A stretch of 64,000 bases of DNA from Phoronis australis (lineage: Eukaryota > Animalia > Phoronida), in NCBI GenBank assembly GCA_002633005.1, contig NMRA01000150.1:136246-200245 (forward strand), read 5' to 3'. Position numbers and translations under genes: made by a program. Below, piece after piece: positions 26,457 through 40,698 of this stretch; positions within the stretch are counted from its first letter, which is position 1; every line of letters starts with the position of its first letter. The notes beneath the pieces were generated by a model, which ran no database searches, was not told the DNA's origin, and saw only the letters and a program-made list of their open reading frames with translations.

Positions 26457-26782
26457 AACCGCTTTTATATTAAAGCATAAATAGCATCAAAGAACCGCTT
26501 TTATATTAAAGCATAAATAGCGTCAAAGAACCGCTTTTATATTAAAGCATAAATAGCATCAAAGAACCGCTTTTATATTAAAGCATAAATAGCATCAAAG
26601 AACCGCTTTTATATTAAAGCATAAATAGCATCAAAGAACCACTTTTATATTAAAGCATAAATAGCATCAAAGAACCGCTTTTATATTAAAGCATAAATAG
26701 CGTCAAAGAACCGCTTTTATATTAAAGCATAAATAGCGTCAAAGAACCGCTTTTACATTAAAGCATAAATAGCATCAAAGAA
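26457..26782 (+). repeat. 36-bp minisatellite, 9 near-identical copies
   Basis: Unit AACCGCTTTTATATTAAAGCATAAATAGCATCAAAG in direct tandem, no spacers. Confidence 0.95.
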
Positions 26783-27260
26783 GCTGTGACACTCTTGTAG
26801 CCGGCTACTTGAACAGTCACTTTGCGCGTGGTCATATTTTGTAGTTATAGGCTCTATCTCAGTTAAATTATCATATGACCTACTGCTATGTTTCGAAATA
26901 ACAATTCCAAACTTTTATTGATTGAATATACCCCAGTCTCATAAAGCTGCAATTCTATAATTGTCAAATAAACTCTCGGGTACGTTATCGAGCTAAGACC
27001 TCGAGGACCTTATGTACATGTCTCGTTGGTGGGAATGCTGTTTGGCTAAGATCTGTGTGAGTGACAGGTGATCTAACTCGGGTCTCTAAATTTGAGTCAG
27101 GGTGTGCGTGTTGGACACTCTGGACACCCTTTAGAGGAAAACCTGTGTGTAGATATATTGCAGAATGTGAGTTACAGTCGCTTTGTTTCTGGGTGAGGCT
27201 TATAATTTTTTAACAAACCCTTGTAACTTGGTTATCGAGTACAACTCCTGCGAGGCTGAA

Positions 27261-27432
27261 GTTGAGAAGTTTCTCGATTCTATGTTAATGTATGAGTTCA
27301 AAAGTTGCGAAGTTTCTTGATTCTCTGTTAATGTATCAGTTCAAAAGTTGAGAAGTTTCTTGATTCTCTGTTAATGTATCAGTTCAAAAGTTGAGAAGTT
27401 TCTTGATTCTCTGTTAATGTATCAGTTCAAAA
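27261..27432 (+). repeat. 43-bp minisatellite, 4 copies
   Basis: Unit GTTGAGAAGTTTCTTGATTCTCTGTTAATGTATCAGTTCAAAA. Confidence 0.92.
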
Positions 27433-27718
27433 TACAGTTGCTCACTCTTGCTTTACATTTAATGATTTTAAGAATGAGCTTTTCTCATTTTAACTCTCTA
27501 TTTTTGTTGTTTTGCATAGACGGCGTTTGTCTAACCATCTGATTGTGTTCTTAATTAATGTTATATTTTGTTTATTTTATGCTTTGGTAGAATATGTTTC
27601 TGGCTGTGTAGTTAACCTGCGCTCCCATTGGTTCTTGTCTAGTCACCTGCACGCTTATGTTCACCTGTGGTTGTCGTTGTGTTGTGATGCACGTGTTTCT
27701 GGTCTTTCTTTTTTCTAG

Positions 27719-27885
27719 AACCGGTTAACATTTCAGAGCGGCAGTGGTGAGGGCTCAGAGACAGAGTCTAGTGCTGGCCCCACCAATGGGATCCCAACGC
27801 CCAGCCGTTACCCGTCCGTCATTGAATTTGGCAAGTACGAGATTGATACATGGTACTCATCGCCGTATCCACAAGAGTATGCCAG
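27719..27885 (+). CDS. KAT6: KAT6 exon, start of MYST domain
   Basis: [27 protein letters not shown]; acceptor at 27719 or in frame at 27737; donor gtgagt. Confidence 0.93.
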
Positions 27886-28004
27886 GTGAGTATTGACTGT
27901 GTCACAAGTGTGACTTATCAGCAATTTTTCTTCATTTCACTTTCTCAGCTCATATCACACCTTACTCTGTTCGGATCTGTTACATATTATCGCCCGTGAC
28001 ATAA

Positions 28005-28169
<165 letters not shown>

Positions 28170-28294
28170 TGAATACTTTCTTTTTCCTTTAGTGTCCTGG
28201 TGTTCACAGCTCACTAGTACTGTATTTACTTTTTTGCCATGTATATGTATCCGTAGTGAACGTGTGAATAGTAGTTTTGCCTTGGAATTTGTAG

Positions 28295-29375
<1,081 letters not shown>

Positions 29376-30047
29376 ACTTTCGATTCACTGTTAAGCTTAT
29401 CTGTAGCTGGATTAAAAACACAGACTATTCGTTCCTGACCGACACAAACCGTTTGCAATTACAACGAGAAGGGTGTGTGAATAATTGTTCAATTAAAATC
29501 TGAGTTGAACCAGGAAATAAATCTATCAAAATCACGTGGTCTATGCGTTCACTTACAACGAGAGGGAGGTTAGATTAATTGGTCAATTCAAATGTGGGTA
29601 AAAAATCTAGTAAAATCAAGTGCGATGTTTCAAAGTTTTACCTGTTCTCGCCAAACACTCAAAAAATTTGATCTACTGAACTCGAAAAAGCTTCAGAAAT
29701 GGTGTCTAATACGAAAAAATTTAGACTACATAATTCGAAAACTTGTCACCTAGACAAACCTGCATCGGTGATGACCAGGATGTCGTATACCTAATCTCCC
29801 AGTAGACTAGCATCACTTGTATAAAAACCTATATTAATGTAACAAAAGATATTTGATAAGTTTAAAAAAGGTGGTTGCAGCGCTTGAGTTATTCCACAAA
29901 TGCCGGGGATGGGCGATTACACGGGCTTGAGCATAAACCCACGAGTCTACGGTATGCTTTCAAGCTTTGCGAAGGACATCAAGTTGTCTCTAAATGGAAA
30001 CGACTTGCCATTACTGTTATTAACATTGTATCTGGTTTCCTTGTTAG

Positions 30048-30215
<168 letters not shown>

Positions 30216-30407
30216 TAGTTGCTTCTTAATTAGTGGTAGTCTTAAAGGAATTAGTGCTCGTGGTTAGTTTTGAAACATTGTTAATCATAATTACTATTTG
30301 GATGTTTTTTTTACTAATAATTTAAATACTATTTTAAGTTTCAAGAAATATTTTTTTACTTCAAAAACAATTCCGATGTTAAGGCTTGGCATACTACCAG
30401 GTTCTAA

Positions 30408-30593
<186 letters not shown>

Positions 30594-30855
30594 TAGGGTA
30601 ATGACATTAGTCTTGAGGTGTAACAGGTATTGTGAAGATATTTGTTGTAAATGTTGGCGACTGTTATTGAAAGCCATTTCTGAAGTTAAACCACCATAGT
30701 TGTTCTTTAAACCAGAGAACAATGGTATAGTAACCCATGACGGCTTGGGGACTGATTTGTATCTGACCTTAGTTAGTAAAATAATGTCTATTTGAACTTG
30801 ATAGTTTTATCCTTGCTGTTTTGATAACAATTTTCTGATGTTCAGATATTGTTAT

Positions 30856-32453
30856 CAGGCCTGTAGCCATGGGGGGGGGGGTTCNACGATCGTGCAGACG
30901 ATAAGAGGAGGCTTTACGTTATTCATCAGCATTGAACGCTCGTGGTGGCTTCACTAAAGGGTAACAAGGGAGTATGGAAGTGAATATCTATACTTACATG
31001 TAGGCATTGAACTCTTGTCCTATGACCTAAGTAAGCTATATAGCAGCGAGAGAGCTCCCAAAAAGTAGTGCGCTGTGAATGCCTTAAAATCGACTAAGTA
31101 ACAAAACAGCCGAAAATTGCTATTTCGGTATAATTGCTAACATAGTACGGTAAAGTGCAGACAATTGAAAGTGATCGTCAAATATGTAAATATGTTGTTC
31201 ATCCAGTATCCACTTCGATTGTGGATTGGTGGATTGACATGCATTCGTGTATACGTATGTGCTTTTCCGTTATTTTAAATTCGGAAGTATACGCCAACGG
31301 TAAGTTCTCTATAGGCAGTCCTCCGTCGTCCTCAAAATACCAGACATTTAACTGCTGTGCTTTCTTGCACTGAAAAGACCCCGACGAGCATGTTCATTTT
31401 GGTCAGTGAAGAAAGTCTTCTCTTGTCAATCAGTGTCAATGGTGCACAGCCCTGCGGGCAACAAACTTGATGGAATAGATTTCCAAGGTTACATGTCACT
31501 ATGCCAAAGGTGCACTACTCTGAAGGTGCCCTACTCTGAAGATTCACTACTCTGAAGGTTCGCAACCCTCGAACATTCATTACTTCAAATTTCCACACAA
31601 TTCCGAAACCAGAACTCCCAACAGTTCATTACTCTGATTGTCTGGTCACTTCTCATTCTCAACTGCAGGAACAACATCTGGGGTACATGTCACAGGGCTG
31701 TGGCGACCAACTTGTTTTAAATTTAAAAAGACTGATTAGGACACTCTGATTTCGTGAAGATTGGCAGGGACAGAGTGGGGGTACTGACTACTTTTAGTTT
31801 CGACCCTACCGTGCGCATGGTATCTTGGGTTACGTTGAGAGGCAGGGGTCCTTAACTTTTAAACCTTTCTGCGATGCGATCTTGACATGGATTTGAAGAA
31901 TGTATCGTGGTTGATAATTCATCGATATTCCTACTTCATATTCTTTTAAAAATGCAAGTACTTGCTCATTTTTCTGTATTCGTAAGATGTGCAGGTAATT
32001 TCGCATGTTCCTATTTCCAGCGATGTAAGCAAGTTAAGTAACATAAAGAAATACAACCAGATAAACAATTTCTTCAAGTCATTCTCCGACTTAACTTCAT
32101 ATTTCCATCCAAGTACGAAATGAGGTGTAATCACTCATTCAGGCATGTCTGATTTGAAATTTTGGCTGGGGGTAACGCGAGAATGTTCTCTTTCTGGACT
32201 ACATTACATCCGAATTTTGAGTCCCGTTCTTTGTGAGCAACCATCACAGCATCCTCCTTTTTGGTATTACAAATTCCATCTCATCTCAGGAACATAGAGT
32301 TGTGAGTCATCGTTATGTATACAGATTTCTCTCCCTGTAGTTAAGCCGCGTTAAGGGCCTTATCGAAAATTACAGTTTCGACGTTTGCAAAATATCAAGG
32401 GTCCACCGCTCTAGAAATGTAACTACCCCCCCTCATCGCTGGCTACGGGCCTG
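30856..32453. mobile_element. hAT-like MITE with 5-bp TSD (spans the single N at 30885)
   Basis: TIRs CAGGCCTGTAGCCA and reverse complement CAGGCCCGTAGCCA; TSD GTTAT. Confidence 0.75.
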
Positions 32454-33022
32454 GTTATCAAATGGAATTGATCTGATTTGCAATACCTGTCAAGGTAATT
32501 GATCAGTCAGAATTGCAACATTTCTCTTGTGCACAATGCACTGAGTTTTTGTCTGTGGAAATGGTTTGGGTCACAAGCCCACCTAATAATTTGTAAGCCC
32601 ATCTACTAATTTGTAAGCCCACCTACTCTGGTATATGGCCATCTTGATCAGAAGCCCACTTGCTGAGGTATAAAACCATCTTCCATACCTCTAAGTCCAT
32701 GCTAAACCGACCTTTCTCTCTCACCCTGTCAAATAGCTGCCTATATTGTATGTGTACATCAAATACATAATACTAGCCTTTGGTCTTACGCACTGATGTG
32801 CAATTCAAGCCCATGTGCTTGTATTCCAACAGACACAATACCCATGTTGTCTGTCTTTCAAGCAAAGTAAATGCCCACAACTGGACAACATCTGATATAT
32901 AGAAAGTCAGACAGTGATTACAGAACTCAGTGGTTGACAAGGTTGTTTCTGGTGAAAATGATATTCACAGGCATTTTAATGCCAAACTGTTTAGCGCATT
33001 GGCTTTGTGTTGTTAATTGCAG

Positions 33023-33107
33023 GCATGAGTGCTGCCACTGGTATGTGCCCTCACGACATCGCTGCCACTCTGCAGCAGCTCAATCTAGTGGTGAAGAGGG
33101 AAGACAA
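33023..33107 (+). CDS. KAT6: KAT6 exon, MYST C-terminal region
   Basis: MSAATGMCPHDIAATLQQLNLVVKRED; canonical splice sites. Confidence 0.93.
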
Positions 33108-33559
33108 GTGAGTTATGGTAGTTAATGAATGTTCTGTTCATTGGATTAGTCTGGGATGGATGCCAATGCTACTGATCACCTCCACTGTTACAATGCTGCA
33201 AGTGGGGCATTTAACATGTTCTCAACAATTCTTCTAATGATTGCTCTTGTGTTTTAACAAGTCATGCTGAAACGTTGACCCTCACTATATGTATATGTAT
33301 ATGTATGTATAAATTACTGCAGGCTGTGGATATTGTAAAAAACATGGTCAAGTGACCCAATTTATGGCTGATTAGTAAAAAGTCCAATTCTCCAGACTTT
33401 GTAGGTATTTGGCAAAATACGCGGGCTTGTCATACTCCTACATAACCGCAGACATTTTCGCAGTAATAACTTCACCTTTACTGGGACCTTGCAACTCTAA
33501 GGTGGTTGTAGGGAATGACCACTAAATGGCTGTAATTGTTATCTATTTGTTTCTTCCAG

Positions 33560-33719
33560 GTTTGTGATCTGCAAGGACATCAAGTTGATAGATGAGCACA
33601 TGTCAAGGTTAAAGGGCAAGTCACAGTCGAGGCTGGAGGTGGACGCAGATGCACTGCGCTGGACGCCGCTCATCTCGACTCACCACATTCATGCCGAGGA
33701 GAAGAAGGCGGAGCAAGAG
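33560..33719 (+). CDS. KAT6: KAT6 exon, end of MYST domain
   Basis: FVICKDIKLIDEHMSRL..LEVDADALRWTP. Confidence 0.93.
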
Positions 33720-34075
33720 GTAAGAGTGGCTGTGGTCTTGTGCTGTGTTTCGGCACCTCTTTTCTGTGTAACATTAGAATAGACGCAAGGCTATGACAAT
33801 TCAGGAAGATTTTGTTGGAGTTCCTAATCTTCACATTTGTTTGTCCTCATTGTCATGTGTTTGACAGCTCTATTTCATAAGAAATATCTTGGAACAAGTG
33901 AATAGTTGCTTGTAAATGGAAGCAGTGTGAATCAAGTTTGCAGTTGACTATGTGCTATATTTGTCAAACACGTTTTTGGCTTTGTAAAATATTTAGTTCT
34001 CAATTTAAGAAATGGCCACATGGTATCAAACTTTTTGTGTATTGCAAGGCCTTTCATGGTCCATTGTCTTGCCAG

Positions 34076-34307
34076 TTAAAGGAGATCAAGGAGGAAGTAA
34101 CAGGTCTGTCTGAGGAAACCAAAGTAGAAGTGAGGGAGGAGTCTCGAAGCCCCAGCCCAAAAAGGAAACGGCGTGGCCGACGTCGTAGGGTCAGTAGCAG
34201 CGTGGTGGCACAGGATGAGCCCCAGCCCAAGAGGAACAAGCGTGGCGACGACCATGAAGACTATGGCAGCGACTCACAAAGCACTCAGACTGGTGGCACA
34301 CAGCCTG
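34076..34307 (+). CDS. KAT6: KAT6 exon, charged region with NLS-like PKRKRRGRRRR
   Basis: ccag|..|gtaagt; phase fits both neighbours. Confidence 0.85.
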
Positions 34308-34558
34308 GTAAGTGGAAGTGTGATCTAATCAAACACAAGATGTGGCTTGTATTGAAGAAACAGAAAAGGACTATACTTTCTAACAATTTAAGATGGAGAA
34401 AAGCAACACCGAGTTGTTGCTTCTATGATGAATAAGTAAGCAACCAGAACTTGTGAATAAATTTTATCTGTTAGGCAACTTTTACACTAACTCCATTCAA
34501 TTGTGTGCTGGCAACTCATTGCACTATAATTAAAGAATAAAAACTGGATTTTTTCCAG

Positions 34559-34740
34559 AAAAATCTGATGCAATTACGCAGTCATCGCCGAAAATGAAGA
34601 GCCCCAAGAATTCTCCATCCAAAACTGGTTCACCGAGTGCAAAAAACGGCCTGCCCTTGACTCCAAAATGTGGGTGGCCAAAGGGGGTCAAGAGAGGGTC
34701 ACCAATCAAAAGGTCACCCAGAAGAGGACGGCCCCCCAAG
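34559..34740 (+). CDS. KAT6: KAT6 exon, SP-rich with GWPKG and AT-hook-like RRGRPPK
   Basis: ttccag|..|gtaact; open in the required phase; GWPKG also occurs in vertebrate KAT6. Confidence 0.85.
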
Positions 34741-35448
34741 GTAACTTATTCTGTGTCTGTTGTATCTTAAAGTCCATGTCTGTTTTGTTCATTTTTGACC
34801 CTTTCGCTGTAGCTTGCTTTCTGGGTGCACATTGGCTGAGCTTTGTATTACCTTGAATAACTGATTTGAAAAGTTGTGGTTGCCCATTACATTTCTGAAA
34901 ATATGGTAGGAATTCAGTACAAATAATATGCTATATTTGGTGAATTCTGGGCGAAAGTCTGATTTCTGATGTAATTGTCAAACCTCAAATCAATTTTGCG
35001 TACCCATGCATGTGTGGGTGCATATCACTGTGATCTCTGTGGGCGTCTTTTATCTGAGTTACTATCTTGGAGATTGAAGTGTTTCCACATCAGTTCGACT
35101 AATGCTGTGCCTCCTAGTGACAAGCTTTGAATTCGATAGCATGCTGCTGACATGCTGTCTGACCAAGGCATGAGGAAATGGACAGAAACAATTATATCTG
35201 TATTATGAAAGGCAAGGTGGCAAAATGGTTGTCAGAATTTTAGCTAATCTAGCACAATTTGCTGTCTTCAAATTGACTTCTTTTAAGTTTTGCACACGTT
35301 TTTTTAAGGAAGGAACTGACATCAATTTACTTTTTCTATTATGCTGTTCTCTCTTCTTTGTCTTGTGGTAATAACAGTTAATAAGTGATTAATTAAATAT
35401 AGTTGAATCTTGGTACAACATACATCAAGGGACCTTCAAAATCTATGT

Positions 35449-37786
35449 CAGGGCTCGACGCTATTAAAATCGCCAGGTCGCATTTTGCGACCTAGCCAAA
35501 ATCCCAGGTCGCATTTTCAAAATCCAGCTCGCATTCGTAAATGCCAGGTCGCAAAATTTTCCCGCCATTTTTACGCGCCAAAATAGATTTTTTAGATCAT
35601 CGAGAAAATGTTTAGATTATGCTCTTACCTGCAGCGTTAAATGCTCACAAATTTCGGATCTCAAAATTGACTTCATTCATGCAGGTACGGCCTTACTGTT
35701 CTTCACGACCGCCATTGAAAGTCTCTAGAGCGCAAGCCAAGTTGCCGGCGTGAAAGTTGAATCAGTGCTCTCTAACTGACTTGTGCATTCGAGTAGCTAA
35801 ATTTGCGAAGTGAAAAGGGAGAAAATGCCCGTTGAAAAAAGTATCTGGGATTTTGTTAGATCTGGTCTGCTACTGGCCGTCATCAAAGTCGTTAACGATT
35901 CAAACTAACTCGGGTAATCGCGAGTTTGCTCTTCAATACCTTCCAAGTACGGGAAAAAATAGGTCAGTCGCAAAACGACACGCACGTCACTAGTGTTAAC
36001 TTTCTTTCCGAGGTATAAAACAAAGCCGAGATTTGGTTTTTACATATTGTGAAAAGACGTTTTTGAAAACTGAAGTTGTGTAAAATGAAACTGACACACA
36101 CCATATAAGCTGCGTGTCAATTTTAAACCACACGCGGTCGTTTGTAGTGCGCAATGATGGGCGCTAGCTTGAACTGTGGGCGCTTAATTAGAAATTCTCA
36201 AAATTTCAGGGGGGACTTTTAATAGATCAGTGAGCGCTTATTATGAAACACTTTAAAGGTAGGGAGTAGGCTTGTGCGTGAGCATAGTCGTTAACCTCAG
36301 TGTTTGCGGTAATAAAATATTAAAACGCTGCAATGGTAAAAAACGTTATAATAATACGATTTTGCGAGGCAAACTCCATCTGGTAGGGGTGACTTTCTGG
36401 ATATCGTTACCAACTACATTGTACCCTTTTTAGCCACCCGGAATGATTTTTTTAACTGCCCGCTTCAGCCGGAACAAGGTTGTTTCTATAGGAGTCTGAA
36501 CATTTTACGGCGAAGGTGGTTCGGGGAGCGAAAAGTTGCCGGGGGGTGTATAAAGAGAAGAATGAAAAGTTCGCTAACTTGAACCACAATTTCGCATCTA
36601 GTGCCAGTTTAGTTGCAATAGCTGGCTACGGGCATAGAATACAGGGTTTACAGAACATCGACCTCGGGAAACATCGGAACAGGATAACGTTAGTTCTGGG
36701 TTATATCGGTCCCGGGACATCGGGTCTTTTATAACCGCTGGGAAACTGAGTTCATTTTCAAATAAACCAGAGCCAAGCCGGTATACTCTTTCATTTAGGA
36801 CTGTCGCTGTTCTTTGAAGTGGTGCGCACGCGTGAGTTCACGCACTTGAATCGTTGGAGTAGGCCTACACTTTACGTTGGCAACAACGTGTGAAAGACAA
36901 TCATATTTCGCGCACGTAGCCCCAGAAACAAGTAAAGGGTTTGAGAATTTCTTGGCAACTGAAAGTAAAGACGTGACCGTCGTTTGGCGATTAATAAGGT
37001 TGTCATTTTCACTTTGGCTGTCTTAATACGATAAAAGGAGAAGCACATCTCAGTCTAAGTCACGATTGTCTGCCGGGACCGCTTGCGCGCTAACGGTGCC
37101 GCAGTGCGATATCAGGGATATTGTCGTGGATGTTTGGTACATGTAATAAGGACATCTTATGTGAAAAATAAGCATTTTTGTCCACCACAAAGTTTGGTAA
37201 GTTGATCGCTTAAGAATTAATAGAAATACCGTTGTTTTGTGAATTTTTATCACGTGTAAGCAGTGGCCCGAAACTTTCTTCGGCAAATCCGGGAATTTAC
37301 AAAAGTGGCCGAAAGTGTTAGCCAATGAAACGCGTCAAAGATCGATTCTTCATATCCCATGTTCACGCAACTTGCTTACAAGTCATCAGGAGGCCTGCCT
37401 CCCGTTCAGTAGCGCTAGGACCTCGCTAAGAAGCAAGACTTCGCGAGATGACGTGAGATATTGCCGTGTATTTTAAATGAGAACTTGTGACTTTGACTAG
37501 GATTTTGCAAGGTCCTAGCGTAGGTCCTAGCGTCTACTGAACGCACGCCTGTTCTCGTTTAGTGTTCTTTTGAACTTGTATTTGGCAACAACCAAATAAC
37601 AGTCGGATTAACAAGAGCTGCTTTGTATTTGCCAGGTATCTGTTGAGAAGTGTAAAAACTCAGCTCGCATTCGTTGGAAATTCCAGGTCGCATTTTGCGA
37701 CTTTATACGAGCTGACAAAAATCTCAGCTCGCATTTCCAAATTTCAGGTCGCAAATGCGACCTGCAGCTCGTTATGTCGAGCCCTG
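35449..37786 (+). mobile_element. hAT-like non-autonomous element, family E, copy 1 (5-bp TSD)
   Basis: TIR CAGGGCTCGAC; subterminal (CAGG/CAGC)TCGCA repeats; TSD TATGT; inverted homolog at 61359-62751. Confidence 0.88.
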
Positions 37787-38797
37787 TATGTAACGAAAGT
37801 TTGTCTAAGGAGATTAGACTTTTTAGGTCACTTGCATGTTGAATGACTATAAACCCATATTTCATAAGACTTCACTATTATTTAAACACCTTTTTTGTGT
37901 TACACACAACATTTCTTATCCTGACATCAGCTTTCCTGCTTCATTTTCAAAGCAACTGTCAGTTGACATACCACTTCACTGGTTTTAATTGGTTTAGCAA
38001 GTTTGACTTGCTTTATTTTCACATGCACACTTTTGTTGCCTTAGTAACTTTTCATGGAAAATCCTTCACAAATGCAGAAAATCTTGGCTCACTGGCCCTG
38101 GTTTATAAATTAGCGTGTAAGTGAATCAGGGTACTTTTTGGATGTTTTATTTCCAGCTGTCTGTCAGTTGATTGCCTTCATACACTTGTATGATTTTTGG
38201 TCCATTTTGAAATATCGTAAAGATAGTTGAGTGGGCCAAACATTATTCTTCTCGCAGTTTCGTTTACGGCTTTTGTACTTGCTTGTAATTTCTTCTTTTT
38301 CTGTCTAATCTGTTTACGTTTCCAGACATACTGACCCAAATATGCAGTAGTCCAGCCTAAGACTTTATACACAACTTAGAATTTACTGGTGACTTGTGCA
38401 TGTACTTCAAACTGAACCTCCAAGTTGGTCTCTGTTGTAAGCATGTCTGATGGTTTTTGGGGACGGGAAATTTTGAACACTTTATTGATGTAATCGCTTA
38501 TATTATGCGATAACCAATTCTGATGGGCACCAAAATGTATAAGGTGAAATTAGGATTTGAAAGTTATGTATGTTATATCGCAGTTTATGTTCTATACAGG
38601 GCACACTGTGAAGAGGTTAGATTGTAGTACTGTAATTCTTGTGCGATATGAATGTGATAAGCAACCTCAGAAGCTTGCTGTTTGCTCTGCATCCTGGTGG
38701 CCATGTATCAGCCCTTTGTGCTGGTCTTACTAATTAGGTTCAGTCTTTTGATTTACTGCTTCGCTTTTATTTTAGAAAATATTATTTCACCTTTAAT

Positions 38798-39973
38798 CAG
38801 GGCTTGGAATTTTCCGCGGAAACGCGGATTTCCGCTTTTTTCAAATGTTCTGTCCGCGCATTTTATTATATTTCCGCGTAAAAAAATCGGATTTTATATA
38901 AAATTTTTGCGGAAAATTCCTTTCTTACCGCGGCGTTGCAGACGACGTTCACCTCGAAAAGCGGAAGTTGCTCTTTATGTTTCGGAGGAACGTAAATTGT
39001 CAACATTGCCGGGGCATCTGGGTAAGGAGGCACAGGACAGTTCTCACTGGATTTTGCCCAGCAAAACACACATCACTTGATTTGTAACCTTTTCTTCACT
39101 CTGTCAAAAACAGGATGCAAAGAATGGCATGTTTTCAATTATTTCACATAAAAAGCCCAGCAGATGAGCACAGAAACTTTATTCTTTCTTGTATTTTTGA
39201 CCATTTCATTCCCACTGAAAACCAAGCTAGACTAAGAAAAATAAGGGCAAAAAATGCAAAATCGGCACTTTTCACCCGAAAAACACCACTTCCCTGCCGA
39301 TGCACGACTAAAACCAACATTAGAGTCTGAAAGCAAATTTCCTACCGATTCCGAAAATGTGGTCCAAAAGTACTGTCAACCAACTAGTTTTTTGGCAATT
39401 CTTGCTTGTTTGAGGGCCACCTAAAATCACAGCCAATTTCTCGGTCGCTACCCAACAATGCACAATTGCAGCCGGGGGCCGCCATCTTGAAGAAGAGTGC
39501 AGCTACAGCCAAGAAAGTGGCCTTTTTATTCACAGCATGTTCACAAATACAAACAAACCACATTCACTGAGCCTACGTGCAATGCCCACCTACAAAATGC
39601 CCCCAAACTTGGCCTACCCCAAAATTTCAATATTTTGTGCAAATTGGCCGCGGCCACAGCCTAACTATTCATTGCCACCTAAGCGTGGTGGGATTTTCAA
39701 TGGCGTCTCGTGTTATTGTAAACCGCGGCGACAAAGACTGCGGCTCTGCAGCCAAAAATGTGTGGGTTGGGAGTGGAAGGACGAGCTAAAAGGACGAGCT
39801 AAAAGGACGCAGACGCATGCTAGTGATGGTGGTAACGTTTTTTTTTTTTTTTTTTAGTCCTCCCGATTTTTGTCGGGGAAAGGTTTACATCGACCATTTC
39901 AAGGCTGGGTAGCGCGCATGGTTTGGGCCGTAAAAGTTTCCGCGTTTTTTGTCATTAGTCATTCCAAGCCCTG
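38798..39973 (+). mobile_element. hAT-like MITE, family A, copy 3
   Basis: CAGGGCTTGGAAT ... ATTCCAAGCCCTG; perfect 6-bp TSD TTTAAT. Confidence 0.88.
39026..39679. mobile_element. PIF/Harbinger-like MITE nested in family A copy 3
   Basis: TAA TSD; imperfect TIRs GGAGGCACAGGACAGTT and reverse complement GGTGGCAATGAATAGTT; absent from copy 2 at about 17567. Confidence 0.75.
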
Positions 39974-40698
39974 TTTAATAAGATAGTGATTATTATAAGT
40001 AGATTCTGTGGGTTACACCTTTTGTTCATTCTGTTCAGTTCTCGTTTCCTTTAAGTTGGGTTCTTGTTCAGCCGAGGTTTTCATGTGCCTTAGAGCGACC
40101 TTCTCAATCTTACCTTGCTTACCTCTCTATTACAATAGTTAAGGACTGCAGTCGCAGTCAGTGAACTGTTAAAGTGTACGCCGCAAGGTAGCCCTGTTGT
40201 TGAAGTGGGCATGTGTAAGTCGCCAGTTGTCAACAAGAGTTTTCCAGTAACCTTGCTTATTGACTAATTGTCCTGCCAGGCCTAGTTGTGTGTGTGTGTG
40301 CGTGTGCGTGCATGTTTGTGCGCAGGCACACTTGTGCATAGATACATCTTGGTGGTTTACTTTATGTGCAGTTTGGTTTGATGTTACATCGTGTTTTGTT
40401 ACTTCTCACAGTGTGCAAGTTGGGATGTTAACCATGTTAAAACTGGAAAAGATCATTAGGCCTGTAATGTGGCTAGCAAACTGATGCAGTCGTGACTTAT
40501 TGTTGTCATCAATACCAATTTGAGTTAAATAATCTGCAACAAGCTAAATGCTACAAAAAACTTAGTTTCAAAAGACAATGTCATTGTCATTGATTGATTT
40601 TTGTTAAATACACTGTTGTTCTGTTGAGGCTGTAGACTTACATGTAGGAGAACAATGTTGGAGAAACAGTGACATTGATGTGTTGTGTTTTGTTGTAG

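Noticed and set aside
26457-26782. 36-bp repeats of CRISPR-like length
   Set aside because: Units are directly adjacent with no unique spacers, there are no cas genes, and the context is a eukaryotic intron.
30870-30890. G-run with an N as a regulatory or G4 element
   Set aside because: Lies in a MITE subterminal region at an ambiguous assembly base; the sequence here is unreliable.
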